Origin: Vibrio sp.
GTDB lineage: Bacteria > Pseudomonadota > Gammaproteobacteria > Enterobacterales > Vibrionaceae
Direction: 5' to 3'
Assembly (NCBI GenBank): GCA_050296215.1
Contig: JBNKRC010000001.1
Coordinates: 40-64,039, forward strand
Length of the DNA: 64,000 nucleotides
The translations under genes and the position numbers were made by a program. How positions within the stretch are numbered: the first letter of the stretch is position 1; every line of letters begins with the position of its first letter. The notes under the pieces were generated by a model that saw only the letters and a list, made by a program, of their open reading frames with translations, did no database searches and was not told the DNA's origin. Of this stretch, positions 57,999 to 64,000 are shown piece by piece.

Positions 57999-59996
57999 TT
58001 AAGCTTCCGGTGTGGTTTCTGTCTGAGGAGCGTCAGCAAATACCTGAGTCGGTTTGGCAACCAGACTGCGGTTTTCCTGATTCACTTCGGTCAGTACCAC
58101 TTCCAGATTGTCGCCAAGCTTATAAACGACTTCTTTATCAATGGAAAGCATACCGGCATCGCCGTTGCATTCGATACGCTCTTTATTATTAAGAACCAAA
58201 GCACCCGGAATAAATGCCGTTGCTCCGTTTTCTAACAGGCGTACACGCATACCGGCACGATTGATATCAAAGATTTCTGCCGTATAGCGGGTTTCATTGG
58301 CCGGCTCATCGGCAAGCGTACGGGCATACAACCAGTCACTGACATTGCGCTCGGCAATTTTGTGGTGTTTACGGTGTATCGCTAACTCTTCACCAACGGT
58401 TTCGTCTGGTACCTGAACCGGTTCTTTACCCATGACGTGCGCTTTCAGTAAACGATGGTTGATCATATCGCCATACTTACGGATCGGAGACGTCCAGGTT
58501 GCATAAACATCCAGTCCCATTGCGAAGTGAGGAAGAGGCTGATTGCCGACTTCACTGTAGGCCTGGAATTTACGAATCCGGTTATCCAGATAGGTGGTTT
58601 CCTGAGCGCAGAGGCTACGGCGCAGGCGGGCAAAGCCGTCAACTGTAGCTAACGTTTCAGCGGTCTGATCGGTAATGCCATATTCGACCAGCAGTTCAAG
58701 AACTTCGGCCATTTTTTCCGGTTTGATGCCTGAGTGAGTATTAAATACGCCAAGGTTAAAGCTGGACTGTAATACCCGGCCGGCACAGATGTTCGCCGTA
58801 ATCATCGATTCTTCTACCAGACGGTTTGCGCTGCGGCGCAGATCCGCATGAATCGCGACGACATCGTTATCTTCGCTCAGTTCAAAGCGGTAATCCGGAC
58901 GGTCCGGGAATACCACGGCATGCTCTTCCCGCCATTGAGCGCGAACTAATGAGAAATCATACAAATCTTTAACGACCTGAGCGATTTCTTCTGACGGTGT
59001 CCAGTTCTCGGATTGTCCGTTTTCTAAGTAGTCAGAAACGTGATCATAAACCAGACGGGCGTGTGATTTAATGTTTGCGGCAAAGAAACGGATATCATCA
59101 CCGATAACACCATCTTTAGCGACGGTAACGGTACAGCACAGGGCAGGGCGTACTTCGTTTTCGATCAGAGAACAGAGCTCATCGGCCAGATCGCGTGGCA
59201 ACATTGGAATGTTGCGTCCCGGAAGGTAGATGGTATAACCACGTTCGCGGGCGACTTTATCCATCGAATCATCCGGAGTGATATAAGCAGTCGGATCCGC
59301 AATGGCAATGGTCAGTTCAAAATCACCGGAATCTAATTTTTTCGCATACAGGGCATCGTCCATATCTTTAGTGGATTCACCATCGATAGTAACGAAAGGC
59401 ATCGCCGTCAGATCTTCGCGGACGAGCGCTTCGTCGTCTTTCAACTGCCAGTTATCAATACCTTCCGGTTCTTTATTCGGCAGATCATTTTGAGCCAGAG
59501 TTACCCACCATGGTGCGATTTTATCGTCAGCATCAGTGATTTTTTCTGAGATTTCGGCAAAAAAACCATTATCACCCTTAAGCGGATGACGGGTTAAGTT
59601 GGCGACAACCCAGTCACCCTCACTAATCTCGTTCGGATTCAAGCCTTTTGCCACTTTTGCTTTCAGTGGTTGCTTCTTCAGCTGAGGATGATCAACAGCA
59701 ACATTAAGTTTGCCCTTAATCAGTTTTACGCGGCCGATAAAACGGGTTAAAAATGGTTCAATCAGCTTCTCCGGCTCTGCGACTTCGCGTTCTTTTTCTG
59801 TACGAATAATCGCCATGACTTTGTCGCCATGCATACATTTTTTCATGTATGGAGGTGGAATAAAGAAGCTGGTTTTGCTGTCTACTTCGAGAAAGCCAAA
59901 GCCTTTATCGGTTGCTTTAATTGTGCCTTCTTTTTTCGGCAGGTTTTCTTGGATCTGTTGCTTTAATTGAGCGAGGAGCGGATTGTCTTGGAACAT
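57999..59996 (-). CDS. rnb: Exoribonuclease II
   Basis: [36 protein letters not shown]. Confidence 0.97.
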   Translation of the reverse strand: MFQDNPLLAQLKQQIQENLPKKEGTIKATDKGFGFLEVDSKTSFFIPPPYMKKCMHGDKVMAIIRTEKEREVAEPEKLIEPFLTRFIGRVKLIKGKLNVAVDHPQLKKQPLKAKVAKGLNPNEISEGDWVVANLTRHPLKGDNGFFAEISEKITDADDKIAPWWVTLAQNDLPNKEPEGIDNWQLKDDEALVREDLTAMPFVTIDGESTKDMDDALYAKKLDSGDFELTIAIADPTAYITPDDSMDKVARERGYTIYLPGRNIPMLPRDLADELCSLIENEVRPALCCTVTVAKDGVIGDDIRFFAANIKSHARLVYDHVSDYLENGQSENWTPSEEIAQVVKDLYDFSLVRAQWREEHAVVFPDRPDYRFELSEDNDVVAIHADLRRSANRLVEESMITANICAGRVLQSSFNLGVFNTHSGIKPEKMAEVLELLVEYGITDQTAETLATVDGFARLRRSLCAQETTYLDNRIRKFQAYSEVGNQPLPHFAMGLDVYATWTSPIRKYGDMINHRLLKAHVMGKEPVQVPDETVGEELAIHRKHHKIAERNVSDWLYARTLADEPANETRYTAEIFDINRAGMRVRLLENGATAFIPGALVLNNKERIECNGDAGMLSIDKEVVYKLGDNLEVVLTEVNQENRSLVAKPTQVFADAPQTETTPEA

Positions 59997-60340
59997 TGTG
60001 TGATTATAAACCTTTGACTTTAATGAGGGTTAAACTTACCTCAAAATCTTCCCTAAATTCGTCCCCCAAAAAACTACAGTGAGATCTATGGGAACAATCA
60101 TAGGTATGAATAACTTTTGAAAGACAGTTACTGTCGCACATACTACTAGGTAATGTGATGAATGTATATTTGTCATCTCGACAATCATTCTCATCAGTCC
60201 TGTTTAATATGCCGATACGATCCTGAATCTATGGTTAACCCCATAGACTACAATTGATAAAGAGGGAAAGGGGAAATCTTGAGCCATATCCTGAACAATA
60301 TGAGTATCTCCCTGTTTTAACGTATATAAGGAATATCCTT

Positions 60341-61009
60341 ATGTTTAAACAAATCGTTAACTTGCCGGCCGACGCCAGGATATTTGTGGTTGGCGATATT
60401 CATGGTGAAATTAGCAAACTTAATAAAGAGCTGGCTAAAATTGGGTTTAGTGAGAAGGCAGACATGCTGATTTCAGTGGGTGACCTTATTGACCGTGGGG
60501 AAGACAGTGTTGCCGGGCTGGAGCTCATAACTAAAGAGTGGTTTAAAGCGGTGCGCGGGAACCACGAAGATATGATGATTAACGGGTTGTGTAATGGTGA
60601 TAAGAATATGCTGTCTAACTGGGTATTCAATGGCGGTTCCTGGTTTTTTCGGTTAGATCAGGTCCGGCAGGAATATGCTAAGAGTCTGGCTGAGATGGCG
60701 AAACACATTATGCCGTACATTATTGAAGTACGACGTAATGACGAAAAATATGTTGTGTGCCATGCCGACTATCCATCCGATCATTATCCTGCCGAGAATG
60801 AAGAAGCTCTGGCTTTTGATATTATCTGGTCGCGCAGCCGTATAAAAAAAGTGATGAATGATTTACCACATAAAGCGATTAAAGGGGCCGATCTGTTTAT
60901 TTTCGGGCATACGCCTTTGCGGGAAGTTATCCGGGCCGATAATTGTGTATGGATAGATACAGGTGCTTGTTATAGCAGCAGTAATCCATTGACGGTTCTG
61001 CAGCTTTAG
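60341..61009 (+). CDS. Ser/Thr protein phosphatase (PphA / lambda NinI-like metallophosphoesterase)
   Basis: GDIHG, VGDLIDRG, RGNHE, FGHTP and IDTG motifs. Confidence 0.9.
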   Translation: MFKQIVNLPADARIFVVGDIHGEISKLNKELAKIGFSEKADMLISVGDLIDRGEDSVAGLELITKEWFKAVRGNHEDMMINGLCNGDKNMLSNWVFNGGSWFFRLDQVRQEYAKSLAEMAKHIMPYIIEVRRNDEKYVVCHADYPSDHYPAENEEALAFDIIWSRSRIKKVMNDLPHKAIKGADLFIFGHTPLREVIRADNCVWIDTGACYSSSNPLTVLQL

Positions 61010-61294
61010 TTCTTGGTCTTTAATAAAGAAGAAAAGGATAATTTTTGTGCAGGTTTGGTGATTCTCAGGTCAAGGAAGTATGAAATCCTTAAATCAGAAA
61101 TAAATATTTGTGACGAATTTCAATTTTTTCTGGCTTTTTATCAGGGTTTAAGGAATAATCCGCGTCCTTTGAGATGTCCCTAGTCGCTTTGGAGTGTTTC
61201 GGTAACTCCGCATCTGAATGGATTCTTTCCGCGTTGAAATTGGAATTGGTGGAGCGTATGGGACCTGGTATTTATGTAATTTAGTGGGAACCCC

Positions 61295-63154
61295 ATGCAA
61301 GAAACTACGATTCAATTCAGTGAATTAGCGTTAAATAACGAAATCCTTTCAGCTCTTAATGAAATGGGTTTTACAACACCAACGCCAATTCAGGCCGCAG
61401 CTATTCCTTTCCTTCTGGAAGGACGTGATGCGCTAGGTAAAGCCCAGACCGGTACCGGTAAAACCGCGGCTTTTTCTCTTCCTATTTTAAATAAACTTGA
61501 TCTTTCTCAGCACAAACCACAAGCAATTGTCCTTGCTCCGACTCGTGAGCTGGCGATTCAGGTGGCCGCTGAGGTTAAAAACTTAGGCCAGAATATCAAA
61601 GGACTGAAAGTTCTTGAAATTTATGGTGGTGCTTCAATTGTTGAACAGATGCGTGCACTTCGCGCCGGTGCTCATATTGTCGTTGGTACACCAGGCCGTG
61701 TTAAAGATTTGATTACCCGCGATCGTTTACATTTGGACGAAGTCGGTACTTTCATCCTTGATGAAGCGGATGAAATGCTGAAAATGGGCTTTGTTGACGA
61801 TGTAACCTGGATCATGGAACAAGCTCCGGAAACGGCGCAGCGCGTACTGTTCTCGGCAACTATGCCTCCTATGGTTAAAGATATCGTTAACCGTTTCCTT
61901 CGTGATCCTGCACGTGTAGACGTTGCCGGTGCTAATCAGACTGTGGCAAAAGTAGAACAGCAGTTCTGGGTTGTAAAAGGCGTAGAAAAAGACGAAGCAA
62001 TGATGCGTCTGCTTGAAACAGAAGACACTGATGCATCTATCGTATTCGTTCGTACCCGTCAGGATACCGAGCGTCTGGCAGACTGGTTGTGTGAGCGCGG
62101 CTTTAAAGCGGCGGCATTACACGGTGACATCCCTCAGTCACTACGTGAACGTACCGTTGATCATATTAAAAACGGCGTGATTGATATTCTGGTTGCAACA
62201 GACGTTGTTGCCCGTGGCCTGGATGTGCCTCGTATCACTCACGTATTTAACTACGATATTCCGTTTGATGCTGAATCCTATGTACACCGTATCGGTCGTA
62301 CCGGTCGTGCGGGACGTAAAGGTAAGGCGATTCTTTTGGTTCGTACTAACCAGATTCGTATGCTTCGTACGATTGAGCGCGTTACCCGTTCAACAATGGA
62401 AGAAATCCAGCTGCCATTGCGTGATCAGGTTGCGGAAGCCCGCCTGGTTAAATTAGGCGCTGAACTGGCGGCTGAAACAGAACATAAAGCATTAGATAAG
62501 TTTGCTGAGCTGGTTGAAAAGCTACAGACTTCTCTGGAGATCGATGCAACGACACTGGCGGCTATTCTGTTAAAACGTCAGCAAGGTAAGCGTCCTCTGT
62601 TCTACATTGGCGAAGATCCGATGATTGCTGAGATTGAGCGTGAAAAAAACCGTCGTCGCGAGCGTCGTGAAGGTGGTAACTCTCGTTCTAACAATCAGGA
62701 CTGGGATACATACCAGCTTCAGGTTGGCCGTGAACAGGGTGTTCAGGTTAAAGATATCGTGGGTGCGCTGGCAAATGAACTGGGTCTGACTAAAGGTTCA
62801 ATTGGTGCGATTAAACTGGCTCCGGCACATACTTTTGTTCAGCTTCCTAAATCAATGTCTTCGGAAGTTACCCGTAAATTACGCAAACTGCGTATCCGTC
62901 AGAAAGATGTTGGTGCGGTTGTCTGTGATTTTGATGATTTCCGTGAATCTCGTGGCTCACGCGGTTCTCGTCGTGATGGTGGTTCATTTGGTGGTCAGCG
63001 TGACTCTCGTGAGAATGGCCGCCGTAGCGGTGGTGGTCGTGGTAACGGCAACGGTGGCGAACGTCGTTTCGACCGTAATCGCGGCGGCGACAGCCGTGGC
63101 AGCTACCGTGGCGAACGCGGTCACAGTCAAGGTCGCCGTCGCGCAGAAGGTTAA
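61295..63154 (+). CDS. deaD: DEAD-box RNA helicase DeaD/CsdA type
   Basis: AQTGTGKT, PTRELA, DEAD, SAT, HRIGRTGRAG, DbpA-type domain, RG-rich tail. Confidence 0.93.
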   Translation: MQETTIQFSELALNNEILSALNEMGFTTPTPIQAAAIPFLLEGRDALGKAQTGTGKTAAFSLPILNKLDLSQHKPQAIVLAPTRELAIQVAAEVKNLGQNIKGLKVLEIYGGASIVEQMRALRAGAHIVVGTPGRVKDLITRDRLHLDEVGTFILDEADEMLKMGFVDDVTWIMEQAPETAQRVLFSATMPPMVKDIVNRFLRDPARVDVAGANQTVAKVEQQFWVVKGVEKDEAMMRLLETEDTDASIVFVRTRQDTERLADWLCERGFKAAALHGDIPQSLRERTVDHIKNGVIDILVATDVVARGLDVPRITHVFNYDIPFDAESYVHRIGRTGRAGRKGKAILLVRTNQIRMLRTIERVTRSTMEEIQLPLRDQVAEARLVKLGAELAAETEHKALDKFAELVEKLQTSLEIDATTLAAILLKRQQGKRPLFYIGEDPMIAEIEREKNRRRERREGGNSRSNNQDWDTYQLQVGREQGVQVKDIVGALANELGLTKGSIGAIKLAPAHTFVQLPKSMSSEVTRKLRKLRIRQKDVGAVVCDFDDFRESRGSRGSRRDGGSFGGQRDSRENGRRSGGGRGNGNGGERRFDRNRGGDSRGSYRGERGHSQGRRRAEG

Positions 63155-63176
63155 TTCTTTCTGACTGAATAGATGC

Positions 63177-63206
63177 AGCCCATGAGAATCTCATGGGCTT
63201 TTTTTT
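63177..63206 (+). terminator. deaD terminator
   Basis: agcccatgaga-a-tctcatgggct stem followed by a long T-tract. Confidence 0.8.
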
Positions 63207-63212
63207 GTTTGG

Positions 63213-63848
63213 TCAGAACTGTTCTATTTTCTGTTTGAACAGGGGAAGAATCCCTTCAAATTCGGGATTGATGGTAAAAGTCTCGGAATCAGAATCGTAT
63301 CGGCCGATTTCTTCGCTGCTGGGGCGAAACGTCAGCCTGAACTCCTGTCCTTGTCTGTCTATCGAGAATTCATCATGCCGATACTGTTTTTTATGTTCGG
63401 GACTGAAACAACGTTCAAAAAATTGCAGCAGCTCATGGGCGGCCGGAGACTTGAAGCGTAGTTCGCCAATCGTCGCACCGGTTTGATCCGAAACATGAAC
63501 CAGATAATCGTGCTGGCTGTACTTCATGATGTCAAAGAGCTTACGTCGTTGTAACTGGGTGGGTTTAGCCGCAACGTGTACCCGACCTTTTGCTTCATAA
63601 CGGATAATTCCGGTTACTGTCATCAGGTTTACGATGGTAATTTCATCGCATATCCCCTGCATATTGTCAGGAACCAGTGCGGCAACGGTCCTGTGATATT
63701 GTTTGATGGTTAAATCGGAACGATTTAAATTGAGCAGGTGTCCGTCAGGAAGGATATATCCCCCATCTTTGTTGGAATCGGTGACACCAAAGTGATCGAT
63801 CAATTTGTCCAGTAGTTCCTGTTTTAGTTCATGTTGTTCCATAGCCAT
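63213..63848 (-). CDS. Hypothetical protein
   Basis: 211-aa ORF with RBS and plausible composition; GGYILPDG motif; no family recognised. Confidence 0.7.
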   Translation of the reverse strand: MAMEQHELKQELLDKLIDHFGVTDSNKDGGYILPDGHLLNLNRSDLTIKQYHRTVAALVPDNMQGICDEITIVNLMTVTGIIRYEAKGRVHVAAKPTQLQRRKLFDIMKYSQHDYLVHVSDQTGATIGELRFKSPAAHELLQFFERCFSPEHKKQYRHDEFSIDRQGQEFRLTFRPSSEEIGRYDSDSETFTINPEFEGILPLFKQKIEQF

Positions 63849-64000
63849 ACCTATGCCTCTTTTTCCGCGGGCGTGTTGCTCATCATTTATGAGTTGCCGA
63901 CAGAAATCAATGCATCATGGTTTATAACTGTGGTTTAAGCAGGGGAAGTTAGTCAATTTGATAGGTTGATCAATTTGTTATGTGATAAATTCCCCGACTG

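Noticed and set aside
62940-63150. Repetitive ggt/cgt-rich tract
   Set aside because: It encodes the normal RG-rich tail of DeaD.

Overview
64 kb of a Vibrio genome. From 1 to ~56.5 kb it is core chromosome-I backbone: damX-like (partial), aroBK, an eroded pilMNO(P)Q, mrcA, oxyR/prx, MicV sRNA, argECBGH, ppc, aphA, cysE-gpsA-secB, epmA, frdABCD, efp/epmB, groESL, tpiA, rraA, menA, hslUV, ftsN, cytR, priA and rpmE. Accessory DNA is limited. (1) At 29.66-31.43 kb an AT-rich three-gene toxin-antitoxin-chaperone operon (ADP-ribosyltransferase-like toxin, antitoxin with an ssrA-like degron, SecB-like chaperone; CmdTAC-like anti-phage system) looks like an orphan integron cassette with a decayed Vibrio-type attC, embedded between ~91-bp inverted repeats of a REP/MITE-like element. 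(2) A TetR-HlyD-ABC exporter operon. (3) A porin / small periplasmic protein / diguanylate cyclase module. (4) An IS4-family element with no target-site duplication, joining rpmE to rnb/deaD, which in model vibrios lie on chromosome II, so it may mark a large rearrangement or a chromosome I-II junction. No rRNA, tRNA or CRISPR array was seen. All family assignments and synteny comparisons are from recalled motifs and gene orders, not database searches.
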